Positions 52,370-61,989 of a stretch of DNA of 64,000 bases are shown here, piece by piece; within the stretch, counting starts at the first letter, position 1; each line of letters starts with the position of its first letter. The stretch is from Alphaproteobacteria bacterium (GTDB lineage: Bacteria > Pseudomonadota > Alphaproteobacteria > Bin95). The translations under genes and the position numbers were made by a program. The notes beneath the pieces were generated by a model. That model saw nothing but the letters and a program-made list of their open reading frames with translations. It ran no database searches and was not told the DNA's origin. The stretch lies in NCBI GenBank assembly GCA_965200785.1, contig CBDAVA010000003.1, positions 2,594,605-2,658,604 of the forward strand, written 5' to 3'.

Positions 52370-53581
52370 ATGACCGACCGCCCCGGCCCGCTCGCGGGCG
52401 TCAGGGCCGTAGCCTGCTCGACCGCACAGGCGGGCACGGTGCCCTATATGCTGATGGCCGACCTGGGCGCGGAAGTCATCAAGATCGAAGTGCCGGGCGC
52501 CGGCGACAATTCGCGCGTGGCGGGCGAGCTTGTGGGCGGCGTCAGCTCCTTCTTCGAGACCAACAACCGGGGCGTCAAGAGCCTGACGCTCAACCTGAAG
52601 TCGGACGAGGGCCGCGCGATACTCCACAGGCTGGTCGCGGATGCGGATGTTTTCGGCCAGAATTTCCGCCCGGGCGTCGCCGAGAAAAACGGCTTCGACT
52701 ACGAGACGCTCAAGGCGATCAATCCGGCGCTGGTGTATGTCTCCATTTCCGGATACGGCCAGGCCGGGCCGCACGCGCATCTGCCGGGCACGGATGCGGT
52801 CGGGCAGGCGCTCGGCGGGGTAACGGAGGCCTATGCGGGGCCGGGCGAATCCATGCGGACAGGCATTGTCTCGGTCGCCGATGAATCTTGCGCGCTGCTC
52901 GCTTTCGGCGGGCTTCTGGCGGCGTTGCATTGCGCCAGAACGACAGGGGTGGGCCAGAAGGTCGAGACCTCGCTGGTCGCCGGCGTTGTCCGGTTGATGG
53001 GCTGGACGCTGACGACGACCATGTGGCGCGGGCGCAATCCGATTACCGGGACACGTATCAACGGCACGCGGGAGCGGCCCGGCATTGCCGCCAGCTTCGA
53101 TGATGCCGACGGGCGGCCGCTCGTCTTCCAGCTCGGCCATCGCGACTGGAAGCGCGCCATGGAGGCGCTCGGCTTCTATGAGACGCTTCGGGAGCGCGGC
53201 GCGGACGATCTCGGCCTGGCGCTGGTCTCGGAGGAGAAGAAGTCGCTGATCCTGTCCACTCTGGCGGAACTGTTCGCCACAGACAGCCGCGACCGCTGGG
53301 TGGAGCAGCTTCGCGCGGCGGATATTGTGTCCGCGCCGATCAACACCCTTCTTGAAGCGTCGAACGATCCGGATGTGCTGGCGAACGGGTATGTCACCGA
53401 GGTGGACTATCCGGAAGCCGGCGGGGCGCTGAAAGTCCACGGCACGCCCTGGCGGTTCTCGGAGACGCCGGCCCGGATCGGGGTTGCGCCGCAACTCGGC
53501 CAGCATAATGCCGAAATCCTGGGGCGGCTGGGCTATGACGATGCCGCGCTGGACGATCTGCGGCAGCGCAGGGTTATCTAG
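52370..53581 (+). CDS. CaiB/BaiF (family III) CoA transferase
   Basis: ADLGAEVIKIE, NRGVKSL, NFRPG, SISGYGQ, PQLGQHN. Confidence 0.88.
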   Translation: MTDRPGPLAGVRAVACSTAQAGTVPYMLMADLGAEVIKIEVPGAGDNSRVAGELVGGVSSFFETNNRGVKSLTLNLKSDEGRAILHRLVADADVFGQNFRPGVAEKNGFDYETLKAINPALVYVSISGYGQAGPHAHLPGTDAVGQALGGVTEAYAGPGESMRTGIVSVADESCALLAFGGLLAALHCARTTGVGQKVETSLVAGVVRLMGWTLTTTMWRGRNPITGTRINGTRERPGIAASFDDADGRPLVFQLGHRDWKRAMEALGFYETLRERGADDLGLALVSEEKKSLILSTLAELFATDSRDRWVEQLRAADIVSAPINTLLEASNDPDVLANGYVTEVDYPEAGGALKVHGTPWRFSETPARIGVAPQLGQHNAEILGRLGYDDAALDDLRQRRVI

Positions 53582-53617
53582 GATGCCGGCTTTGTCCGGC
53601 CCGCTTGGCGCTATGCC

Positions 53618-54814
53618 ATGACGGGCCCGCTTTCCGGCGTTACGGTGCTGGACTTCACGCGCGTGCTGGCCGGGCCCTGGTGCACGCTGGCGCTTGCCGA
53701 TCTGGGCGCGGAGGTTCTCAAGATCGAGAATCCGCGGGGCGGCGATGATACGCGGCGCTTCGACGTCCGCGAGGAGCTGGCGGGGGAGAGCGCCTATTTC
53801 GTGTTCGCCAACCGCAACAAGAAGAGCCTGGCGCTGAACATTGCCGCCCCGGAGGGCCGGGCGATCGCCCGGCGGCTCGCGGCGCGCGCCGATATTCTGG
53901 TTGAAAACTTCCGACCGGGCGTCATGGCGCGGCTCGGGCTCGATTTCGAGACCCTCCGCCAGACCAATCCCGGCCTGATCTACTGCTCGATCTCCGGATA
54001 CGGCCACCACAGCCCCTTGCGGGAAGTCGCGGGCTACGACCCTGTCGCACAGGCCGAAGGCGGCATGATGGCGATCACCGGCGAGGCGGATGGCGGCCCG
54101 CTGCGCACGGGCATTTCCTATGCCGACATCTTCGCCGGCTACAATGCGCTGCAAGGCGTGCTCGCCGCTCTCTACCACCGCGCCCGCACCGGCGAGGGCC
54201 AGGCCATTGACATAGCCCTGCTGGACGGCGCCGTCGCCTCGCTCGCCAACCAGGCGCAGGTGACGCTTGCCACCGGCCGGGATACGGGGCGATACGGCAA
54301 CTACCACCCGTTCCTGGAGCCGTTCGGCCTGGTGGAAGCCGCGGACGGCCCGCTCTATCTGGTCATCGGCAATGACCGCCAATGGGAGCGCTTCTGTCTG
54401 GACGTGATTGCGCGTCCGGACCTGCTGGACCACCCGCAGTTCAGGGACAACGCCGCGCGCCTCGCCCATCGGGAGACAAACCGGGCGCTGATGGCCGAGA
54501 TTTTCGCCCGTGACACGCGCGACAACTGGATGACGAAATTCCGCGCCGCAGGCGTGCCCGCCGGCGCGGTCCGCACCATCTCGGAGGCGCTGGCGGCTCC
54601 GGAGGTTCGCGCGCGGGGCATGGTGCAGGAAGTCGATCATGCCAAGGCGGGCCGCTTCGAGGTCGTCGCCTCGCCGGTTCGCCTCTCCGCAACCCCGACC
54701 GCCATGCCGGCCGCCGCCCCGCTGCTCGGCGAACACACCGACAGCGTGCTCACCGCCTTCGGCTACGACACGGAAGAAATCGCGTGTCTTCGCGCCGACG
54801 GCATTATCAAATGA
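53618..54814 (+). CDS. CaiB/BaiF (family III) CoA transferase
   Basis: DFTRVLAGP, NRNKKS, ENFRPG, SISGYG, TGEGQ, PLLGEHT. Confidence 0.92.
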   Translation: MTGPLSGVTVLDFTRVLAGPWCTLALADLGAEVLKIENPRGGDDTRRFDVREELAGESAYFVFANRNKKSLALNIAAPEGRAIARRLAARADILVENFRPGVMARLGLDFETLRQTNPGLIYCSISGYGHHSPLREVAGYDPVAQAEGGMMAITGEADGGPLRTGISYADIFAGYNALQGVLAALYHRARTGEGQAIDIALLDGAVASLANQAQVTLATGRDTGRYGNYHPFLEPFGLVEAADGPLYLVIGNDRQWERFCLDVIARPDLLDHPQFRDNAARLAHRETNRALMAEIFARDTRDNWMTKFRAAGVPAGAVRTISEALAAPEVRARGMVQEVDHAKAGRFEVVASPVRLSATPTAMPAAAPLLGEHTDSVLTAFGYDTEEIACLRADGIIK

Positions 54815-54826
54815 GTAGCCTCAGTG

Positions 54827-55375
54827 TTACTTGCTTTCCGAAAACTCTTGGATAAACGCGCGAATTGTTTCGGGGAACCAATCTACGAATTTGTTCGCGG
54901 ATCGATACAAGCGATAGACATCATCATGGGTCTTGTCCATTACATAATTTCCAAAATCTTCATGGACAAGAAGATTCCTAGTTCGCCCAATATCGATGAA
55001 ATCAACGATTGCATCAGATAATTCCTCATCACTTCTTACCTGAGCAATCGCATATTGCGAGAATTCTTTACCAAACATCTGAAAGAAATGATTCGCATTT
55101 GTTGCTTTCCAATCAAACCAAGTATGATATTGTCTACGGATTACTCTTGCGTTGATTAGATGTAACAGTAAGTGATTACTACCAACAATTTCTTCGACAA
55201 GCCTTGCAACCTCCTGGGCCATCCTGGCTTCAAAATGGCTCGCTGCTGCTACAAGAAGGGCCTTACCTAGGTATTCATCTATCACCAATCTAAGAGATTC
55301 TTCCTGCTCTCTATTCAGAATTTCTGATATACAACCAATATTACGATAGAGTTGCTCAACGGAATTCTCGGGCAT
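54827..55375 (-). CDS. HEPN domain protein (RiboL-PSP-HEPN/MAE_28990-like)
   Basis: Helical 182-aa protein with LLVAAASHFE and the Rx4H motif RNLLVH. AT-rich codon usage. Confidence 0.75.
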   Translation of the reverse strand: MPENSVEQLYRNIGCISEILNREQEESLRLVIDEYLGKALLVAAASHFEARMAQEVARLVEEIVGSNHLLLHLINARVIRRQYHTWFDWKATNANHFFQMFGKEFSQYAIAQVRSDEELSDAIVDFIDIGRTRNLLVHEDFGNYVMDKTHDDVYRLYRSANKFVDWFPETIRAFIQEFSESK

Positions 55376-55387
55376 CGAAGAAGCACC

Positions 55388-56542
55388 TTAGGCCAAGATA
55401 GCTTTGGCTCTATCGATTCTTACTCTCACACTCGATGCATGAGTAGTTCTTTTCTGAGAAGCTTCAACAAATTTTGCATCTTCCTTTAAAATGGCCAATT
55501 TATTGACGTCAATTCTTCCCTGAACCAATTCGTCTCTATTATGTGCAAGCTCGCATATTGCACTAAAGACGGCTTCGTAAAGTGAGACACTGAAGCGACC
55601 GGACGTCATGGCAAACATGCTTTCAGGAAACTCCGATGTCGCACTAATGAACGAAATGAATAATTTCTCCAGATAGTTATTCCTTTCATTATCATTATTT
55701 TCACATTTTCTTGAAAAAGCGTTAAGAAATTTTACCATAGAAGATCGATAGTTGTCGTGGTCAATCAGCATTGCAAATCCGCGCAACAAGATCTCCACAT
55801 CCTTCATCCGTAGATCTGCATTTTGTCTTCCAAGCAATCTTCTCCACCCTTCATGCAAATTAATTCTGTTCAACATGCTCAGAAACTCCGAATGATACAT
55901 GCTTGCTCTAATCTCCTGCGGCGTAAGTTTCGTGCCACCCGAGTTGAGCCTATTGAATATCTCGTACATCGAGGAATCATCCCCTTCAGGCATATTTTGC
56001 CTTACAAAAATACACCTTATCGTCCTCAGATCGAGACGAGATTTTTGATCGTCATTTAAATCCTCGTACTTTACTCCATTCAAATCACTTAGACTATCGC
56101 TGCGTGTGGGCTGATTTTTGGGCAACTGCAGAGTAAAATCCTGAAAGTACTCCTCATTCTCAATCATGCCATTTGGCAATCGACCATGTTTATCAAAAAT
56201 TCTCCGGATTTCTGGCCTTCGATCATTGCGCGGAAAGCGTTGTTCCATAAAGTAATAAATGGACATCAATCTCTGATGCCCATCTATCAATATATTTCTA
56301 TTTTGTTCTTTCTGATACAGGAACAATTGTGGGACAGGTAATCCCAATATAAGAGATTCGATTAGCCAAGACGCTTGCTTGATTGACCAAACGTAATTTC
56401 TTTGAAAACCAGGAATTTGGACCCACTTCCTGTCCACAAGAGACTTCAATGTCATCACATTGAAGTCACTGGGTACGATCGTGATATCATATTCTGATAT
56501 TGCCCGGTGTTCTTCACCTTCAGCGTAGTCATGATACTTCAA
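55388..56542 (-). CDS. DUF262 (GmrSD N-terminal / ParB-like) domain protein
   Basis: IPGFQRNYVW, LIESLILGLPVP, IDGHQRL, EIFNRLNSGG..LTPQEIR. TTG start 7 nt after AGGGAG. AT-rich. Confidence 0.88.
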   Translation of the reverse strand: MKYHDYAEGEEHRAISEYDITIVPSDFNVMTLKSLVDRKWVQIPGFQRNYVWSIKQASWLIESLILGLPVPQLFLYQKEQNRNILIDGHQRLMSIYYFMEQRFPRNDRRPEIRRIFDKHGRLPNGMIENEEYFQDFTLQLPKNQPTRSDSLSDLNGVKYEDLNDDQKSRLDLRTIRCIFVRQNMPEGDDSSMYEIFNRLNSGGTKLTPQEIRASMYHSEFLSMLNRINLHEGWRRLLGRQNADLRMKDVEILLRGFAMLIDHDNYRSSMVKFLNAFSRKCENNDNERNNYLEKLFISFISATSEFPESMFAMTSGRFSVSLYEAVFSAICELAHNRDELVQGRIDVNKLAILKEDAKFVEASQKRTTHASSVRVRIDRAKAILA

Positions 56543-56627
56543 TTCATTACTCCCTAATTAGTGAGGCTGCTAGTATGTCACAGGGTAGGGTAACCTGTAA
56601 ACTCTAGTTCGCATTTTGTTTCCTGAG

Positions 56628-57299
56628 CTACGCCACGATTGGCAGTGTGACCGTTTCGTAGTCGAGCGTGAGCACGCGCCCCGTGTCGTCGTCGGCGAGG
56701 CGGGCGGCGAATGTCTTGCCGGGGCGCACGCCGCCGAGCGCCGGCAGCGTGCCGAGGAACAGGGCGAATTCGGGCGGGACAGTCTTGTAGCCGTGGAAAT
56801 AGTCGGCGATGAGGTCGATTGGCGGGCGCACTGCCGCCATGACGCCGCGCTGATAGCCGCCGCCGTCCATATCGCTTTCCAGCCGCAGTCGGTCCCAATG
56901 CGGCGCGACATCGCTGTAGCGCCAGACATCGCGCCCCAGAGGCTTGGGGCACATTTGCTTGGAAACCGCGACGGACTGCGCCTCGAATTCCCGGTCAGTA
57001 TGGTCCGAGCCGACGGCGACCAGCATTCCATGCTCGGCGGAGCCGATCAGCACCGCCTCGGCCTCTCCGGAGCTTCCATTGCCCAGGACCTGAATGCGCG
57101 CGGCCTGGCTCAGCAAGGAGGCGCCGACCCGGTAGTAGAGCGGCGTCCGGGACGGGGGCGCCACGCCGAGCGCAGCAAGCTCCTCGACATGCTCCTGCAC
57201 CGCCGCCGCATCACGGCCCGACCAGCCGGCGATGACAACCACCGAGACCGGAACCTCTATCTCGCGGGCGCCCGCCCCGTCGTGAAGCCGAAAGCGCAT
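56628..57299 (-). CDS. DUF2848 family protein
   Basis: IAGWSGRD, HVEEL..LGV, SSGEAE, GSDHTDR, SKQMCPKP. Confidence 0.82.
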   Translation of the reverse strand: MRFRLHDGAGAREIEVPVSVVVIAGWSGRDAAAVQEHVEELAALGVAPPSRTPLYYRVGASLLSQAARIQVLGNGSSGEAEAVLIGSAEHGMLVAVGSDHTDREFEAQSVAVSKQMCPKPLGRDVWRYSDVAPHWDRLRLESDMDGGGYQRGVMAAVRPPIDLIADYFHGYKTVPPEFALFLGTLPALGGVRPGKTFAARLADDDTGRVLTLDYETVTLPIVA

Positions 57300-57310
57300 T
57301 GGTGACCTCC

Positions 57311-58669
57311 TCAGCCTGTTCGGCGCCAGGCCGTGCCGTCCGGGCCGTCCTCCAGCGCGATGCCGCGCGCCGACAGCGCTTCCCGGATCGCATCGGCCCG
57401 CGCGAAATCCCGCGCCTGTCGGGCCTGGAATCGCTCCAGAACCAAAGCCTCGATCTCCTCCGCATCGTCACCCCCGCCCTGCAGCCATGCCGTCGGGTCG
57501 GCCTGAAGCAGGCCCAGCAGCCCGCCTGCGCCGAGCAATGCGCCGGCGAGCGCCGCCTTCTCGTCCGGATCGCCGGACCGGTTGAGTTCGGTTGCGGTCT
57601 CGTGCAGCGCCGCTATGGCGGCGGGCGTGTTGAGATCATCAAGCAAGGCCGCCAGCACGGCCGGAGCAGGCTCGCCCGGCTCGCGAACGCCGGCATCCCG
57701 GAGCGCACGGTAGAGCCGGTCAAGGCTGCTTTTCGCTTCCGCCAGCGCGCCGCGGGTGAAGTCGAGCGGCGCCCGGTAGTGCGCCTGGAGCAGCGCCAGC
57801 CGAATCGCCTCGCCCGGCGCGTGCTCCAGCAGGTCGCGTACGGTCAGCACATTGCCGAGCGATTTCGACATCTTCTCACCGTCCACCACCAGATAGCCGT
57901 TATGCATCCAGTAGCGCACGAAAGGCGTCCCGTGGGCGCAGACGCTCTGAGCCAGTTCGTTTTCGTGATGCGGGAAGATCAGGTCGGCGCCGCCGCCGTG
58001 AATATCGAAGGTGTCGCCCAGATAGGCGCGCGACATGGCCGAGCACTCGATATGCCAGCCGGGACGGCCCCGGCCCCAGGGGCTCGGCCAGCCCGGCTGG
58101 TCGCCGGCGCTCGGCTTCCAGAGCACGAAATCCGCCGGATCCCGCTTGTAGGGCGCCACATCGACGCGCGCGCCGGCAATCAGTTCCTCGCGGGAATGGC
58201 GCGAGAGCCGCCCGTAATCCGCCATGGACGGCACGTGAAACAGCACATGCCCGTCCGCCTCATAGGCATGTCCGCCGGCGATCAGCCTTTCAATCATCTC
58301 GATCATCGGGCCGACATGCTCGGTTGCGCGCGGCTCGACATCCGGCGTCAGAGTGCCGAGCGCCGCCATATCGGCATGGAACGCCGCCGCCGTCCGCGCG
58401 GTGATGCTGCTGATCGGCTCGCCCGTTTCGCGCGAGCGCGCGTTTATCTTGTCGTCCACATCCGTGATATTGCGCACATAGGTGACGCGCGGATAGAACC
58501 GCCGCAGCAGGCGGTAGAGGACGTCGAACACGACGAAAGGACGCGCATTGCCGATATGCGCCAGATCATAGACCGTCGGCCCGCATACATAGAGGCGCAC
58601 ATGCTCCGGATCGAGCGGCTCGAAAGGCTGCTTGGCGCGCGCCAGCGTGTTGTGGACGGTGAGAGTCAC
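57311..58669 (-). CDS. cysS: Cysteine--tRNA ligase
   Basis: [43 protein letters not shown]. Confidence 0.96.
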   Translation of the reverse strand: MTLTVHNTLARAKQPFEPLDPEHVRLYVCGPTVYDLAHIGNARPFVVFDVLYRLLRRFYPRVTYVRNITDVDDKINARSRETGEPISSITARTAAAFHADMAALGTLTPDVEPRATEHVGPMIEMIERLIAGGHAYEADGHVLFHVPSMADYGRLSRHSREELIAGARVDVAPYKRDPADFVLWKPSAGDQPGWPSPWGRGRPGWHIECSAMSRAYLGDTFDIHGGGADLIFPHHENELAQSVCAHGTPFVRYWMHNGYLVVDGEKMSKSLGNVLTVRDLLEHAPGEAIRLALLQAHYRAPLDFTRGALAEAKSSLDRLYRALRDAGVREPGEPAPAVLAALLDDLNTPAAIAALHETATELNRSGDPDEKAALAGALLGAGGLLGLLQADPTAWLQGGGDDAEEIEALVLERFQARQARDFARADAIREALSARGIALEDGPDGTAWRRTG

Positions 58670-59003
58670 AGGATTGTCTCCGGCTCCATGCGGTCGTGTC
58701 GTATCGGCAGCGGGATATAAGGCAAGCGAACGCCCGCGTATATCTCCTTGACGGAGCCAGGCAGCGCCTCGGTTTGCAGCGATGGCAGGGGCCGTCGGCC
58801 TTCGGGGCGTATTTCCGCTTTACTGCCCCGTATAGCGCGCGCAAAAAAATCAAAGCGAGACACTACCCGAAGACAGGTCTAGCCGAGCGCCGGAAGCGCT
58901 GTAGAGTATCATGGCCCGGTCCGGGTCCCGCCATGACGGCCTGGGCTATGCGAGGCTTTCGGGCCGCACACGGGACACCAGCGATATTCGAGAGGGTGAA
59001 ACG

Positions 59004-60137
59004 ATGACGAAACGAACCGCCCCTTGCAGCTTGTTCGCGCTGATTCTGATTCTGCTCGCCGGTTGCGTCACGACAGAGGAGGGCGCGGACCTTGCCGCGG
59101 CAAGGAGCGTCGACAAGACAGCGGCGATTACGCCGGTCGTCATGCCCGGGGCGCGCAGGGCCGCGCTGGCGAAACTTCCGTCCGGCGAACGCAACCAGTA
59201 TTGCAGATTCGGAGTGACAGGCGCCATTCTTGACGTCGAGGCGCGCATCAGCGGGCCGATAAGAAGGCAGCACTCGAACGCCCAGTCTGCCGGGAACGCA
59301 ATTCTGGAAACTGTCGAAGGCTGGTATGCCGGCCATCCATTGGCCTTTGGGTATCTCCGCAACGCGCTCGAGGAGGGCGCCAGGATCGGGGCGTTCACGA
59401 AGATCATGCCGTATTCCCCGCCCGAATTTTCGGGCTACAACCCCATGAACGAACCGATCTTTCAGGTCGGCAATTTCTTGCTCGCGCTTTCCCACGGCTA
59501 TCTGATCCTGAAGGAGGAGCTGCCCGTCGAGACGGAATTGCTTGCCGCCGTCAGGCGATGGGGCGACCGGTTGTTCGAGCTTACCAGCAACGCCAGCGAT
59601 ACATTCGGCGGACGCAGCAAAGGCGTGGACCGCCGTTTCCTGATTGCGCAGGGATGGGCGCATTGGGGCAACGCCACCGGTAACCGCAAGGCGCTGGACG
59701 CGGCTTACCGCTACTATCTCCGTGGCATGAGCGTCGTCGGCCGCAATGGCGAGGACAGACTCTGGCACCGCGTGTTCCCTAAGCGGCGTATCTATTACGC
59801 GAACATGACCTATAGCGCGGCCCAGGCGGCGGCTTATGCCCTTTCCCGCTCCGGCGCCGGAGATGTGTATGACGTTGCACCCGGGGGCGGTTCCCTGGTC
59901 GAAGGCGCAGCCTGGCTCTGGGATGTGCTGGTTGAAGAGCAGCCCGGCGAACTTATGAAAGGCCGGGGCAAGGGGAGCCGGACGGTGGCCTGGACGGAGT
60001 TGTTCGTCCACGAATTTCCCGATCATCCGGCGTCCGGCGAAATGAACGCATGGCTTGCCGACCAATGGCAACCAAGATACGGCTACACTGGCAGCGGCGG
60101 CCCCACAACCTGCCTCTATCGCCGGATCGGGGTGTAA
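59004..60137 (+). CDS. Hypothetical lipoprotein, possible alginate-lyase-like (alpha/alpha) toroid
   Basis: Lipobox LAG-C after a hydrophobic stretch. The aromatic-rich helical C-terminal half loosely recalls PL5 lyases, but there is no NNH motif. Confidence 0.6.
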   Translation: MTKRTAPCSLFALILILLAGCVTTEEGADLAAARSVDKTAAITPVVMPGARRAALAKLPSGERNQYCRFGVTGAILDVEARISGPIRRQHSNAQSAGNAILETVEGWYAGHPLAFGYLRNALEEGARIGAFTKIMPYSPPEFSGYNPMNEPIFQVGNFLLALSHGYLILKEELPVETELLAAVRRWGDRLFELTSNASDTFGGRSKGVDRRFLIAQGWAHWGNATGNRKALDAAYRYYLRGMSVVGRNGEDRLWHRVFPKRRIYYANMTYSAAQAAAYALSRSGAGDVYDVAPGGGSLVEGAAWLWDVLVEEQPGELMKGRGKGSRTVAWTELFVHEFPDHPASGEMNAWLADQWQPRYGYTGSGGPTTCLYRRIGV

Positions 60138-60175
60138 ACGTAACGGCGCCAGCTTCGTTGCTGCTGTTTCCAACG

Positions 60176-60224
60176 CCGGTTTTCCATACCCGCCCCGGAC
60201 ATCCTTGAGAAAACGGAACCGGTT
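60176..60224 (-). pseudogene. Degenerate remnant of a dipeptidase 3' end
   Basis: 36/49 nt ungapped match to 60508-60556. Translates NRFRFLKDVRGG versus NWLRVLKEVWGG. Confidence 0.5.
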
Positions 60225-60517
60225 GCGGCGATTGCGCCGGTCATCGCTCCCGGGCGCGCGCAGAACTATGTGTCACGGGCGGCCGCGACGGGAGCCGCAC
60301 ATGCTCGCCGGGGTAGTAACGCGGAAACGCACCCCAAACGCCGGCAGCCCTTGCCAGCGTTTCATGCCGACCCGCTGCAATTTATTCCTTTACTACCCGC
60401 TGCCTCTGCTCGCCGCAGAACTGCTGCAGTCAGAAAATACGGTGGAATCAACGGGTTGATTTGCATCCGGCTGGATTACCTCCAGGCCAGTCAAGCGTGT
60501 CGTTCCCCCGGTCTGCC

Positions 60518-61492
60518 CTATCCGCCCCACACCTCCTTGAGGACGCGAAGCCAGTTTTCGCCGGCGATCTTTTCGATCCGGGCTTCGGGCCAGCCGGCGC
60601 GGTCCATGGCGGCGATGAGATTGGGGTAGTCGCGCATGCCGTTCAGACCCTTGGGGTTGGGCGGGCGTTGCGCCATGGGCGGTGACAGCGCCCGGCCCCG
60701 GCCCTTGTCGGCGCGCAGATATTCGAAGAAAGCGACGCCGTGGCCCTGGGTGAAATCGGTGCCGATGCCCACGCTGTCCTCGCCGACCACCCCGATCGTG
60801 TGGTCGAGCAGCCCGACCACATCGTCCACAGTCGCATTGCCCTGCTGGGCCATGAAGGGCGTATAGGCCACGACGCCCACGAAACCGCCATTATCGGCGA
60901 TCAGCTTCAGCATCTCGTCCGGCTTGTTGCGCGGGTGGTCGTAAAGCGCGTTGGGGGCGCAATGCGTATAGGCGACCGGCTGGCCGGAGTGCAGGATCGC
61001 GTCGCGGCTCGTCTCGTCGCCCACATGGCTGAGATCGACCAGGATGCCGAGCCGGTTCATTTCGTCAATGACATCGCGTCCGAAGTCGGACAGGCCGCTG
61101 TCCCGGCTCTCCCAACAACCCGAACCGACGAGATTCTGCGTGTTATACGTCAACTGGATCACGCGAACGCCAAGATCGTGGAACAGCGGCAGATAGTCCA
61201 CCCGATCCTCAATCGGCCAGCTATTCTGCCAGCCGAGGAAGATCGCGACCTTGCCCGCCTCCTTCGCGGCCCGGATATCGGCAACCGAGCGCGCCTGGAC
61301 CAGAATGTCGGCATGGTCCCGGAAGCGGGCCTTCCAGTCCGCGATATTGTCCATCGTCTCGCGGAAATTTTCCCAGACCGCGCAGGTGCAGTTGGCGGCA
61401 GACAGGCCGCCGTCGCGCATTTCCTCGAAGACCTCTCGGCTCCAGTCGGAAACGATCAGCCCATCGACGATCACAGGGTTGTCAAGCGGCAT
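60518..61492 (-). CDS. Membrane dipeptidase (peptidase M19) family
   Basis: QLTYN, DSGLSDFG, EMNRLGILVDLSH, HPRNK, GIGTDF, GENWLRV. Confidence 0.9.
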   Translation of the reverse strand: MPLDNPVIVDGLIVSDWSREVFEEMRDGGLSAANCTCAVWENFRETMDNIADWKARFRDHADILVQARSVADIRAAKEAGKVAIFLGWQNSWPIEDRVDYLPLFHDLGVRVIQLTYNTQNLVGSGCWESRDSGLSDFGRDVIDEMNRLGILVDLSHVGDETSRDAILHSGQPVAYTHCAPNALYDHPRNKPDEMLKLIADNGGFVGVVAYTPFMAQQGNATVDDVVGLLDHTIGVVGEDSVGIGTDFTQGHGVAFFEYLRADKGRGRALSPPMAQRPPNPKGLNGMRDYPNLIAAMDRAGWPEARIEKIAGENWLRVLKEVWGG

Positions 61493-61518
61493 GGCAAGGG
61501 TCCTTCCCTTATATCCGT

Positions 61519-61989
61519 TCAGCAGTCCGGCCTTGCGCCGGCGGCCATATCCGCCAGTGCAGACGGAGACATCATGGCAGCCGGCGTCCAGCGTAGCCGG
61601 CGCCGCGCAAGGCGTTCACCGCCGGTTTCATCGTCATAATGCGCCGGCACCGGTTCGGGAAACCCGTGCTGCGGCAGGTCGAGCGTATTGACGACAAGCG
61701 TCGCCAACAAACCGTCCGGCTCTTCCACCAGCGCGCACACATAGACGCCGCAAACCCGGCAGACGAGAAAATCGGTGATCCCCAAGCCAAACCGATAACG
61801 GCTGACATTGCGCTCATCAGCGACAGCTATCCCGATGCTGCCGTCAGGGTCGCTGGTCGCGCGAATGCCGTGCTTGCGGCAGAACGTGCATTGGCACGCC
61901 CGGACGGCCCATTCCGACACCGGCCTGGACGTGCGGTAGGCCACACGGATATTGCCGCAATGACAACCGCCGTCATAGGTGTCGGTCAT
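61519..61989 (-). CDS. GFA family (aldehyde-activating) Zn protein
   Basis: GGCHCG, CQCTFC, CRVCG. ATGA overlap with the upstream gene. Confidence 0.85.
   Translation of the reverse strand: MTDTYDGGCHCGNIRVAYRTSRPVSEWAVRACQCTFCRKHGIRATSDPDGSIGIAVADERNVSRYRFGLGITDFLVCRVCGVYVCALVEEPDGLLATLVVNTLDLPQHGFPEPVPAHYDDETGGERLARRRLRWTPAAMMSPSALADMAAGARPDC

Noticed and set aside
56539-56547. ATG-AAT-TGA mini-ORF overlapping the DUF262 start, suggesting a frameshifted 5' end
   Set aside because: The ATG is only 2 nt from the SD sequence, whereas the in-frame TTG is at a normal 7-nt spacing. The gene looks intact.
58670-58870. Structured leader or leader peptide upstream of cysS
   Set aside because: No Cys-rich leader peptide, T-box or well-spaced promoter could be supported.
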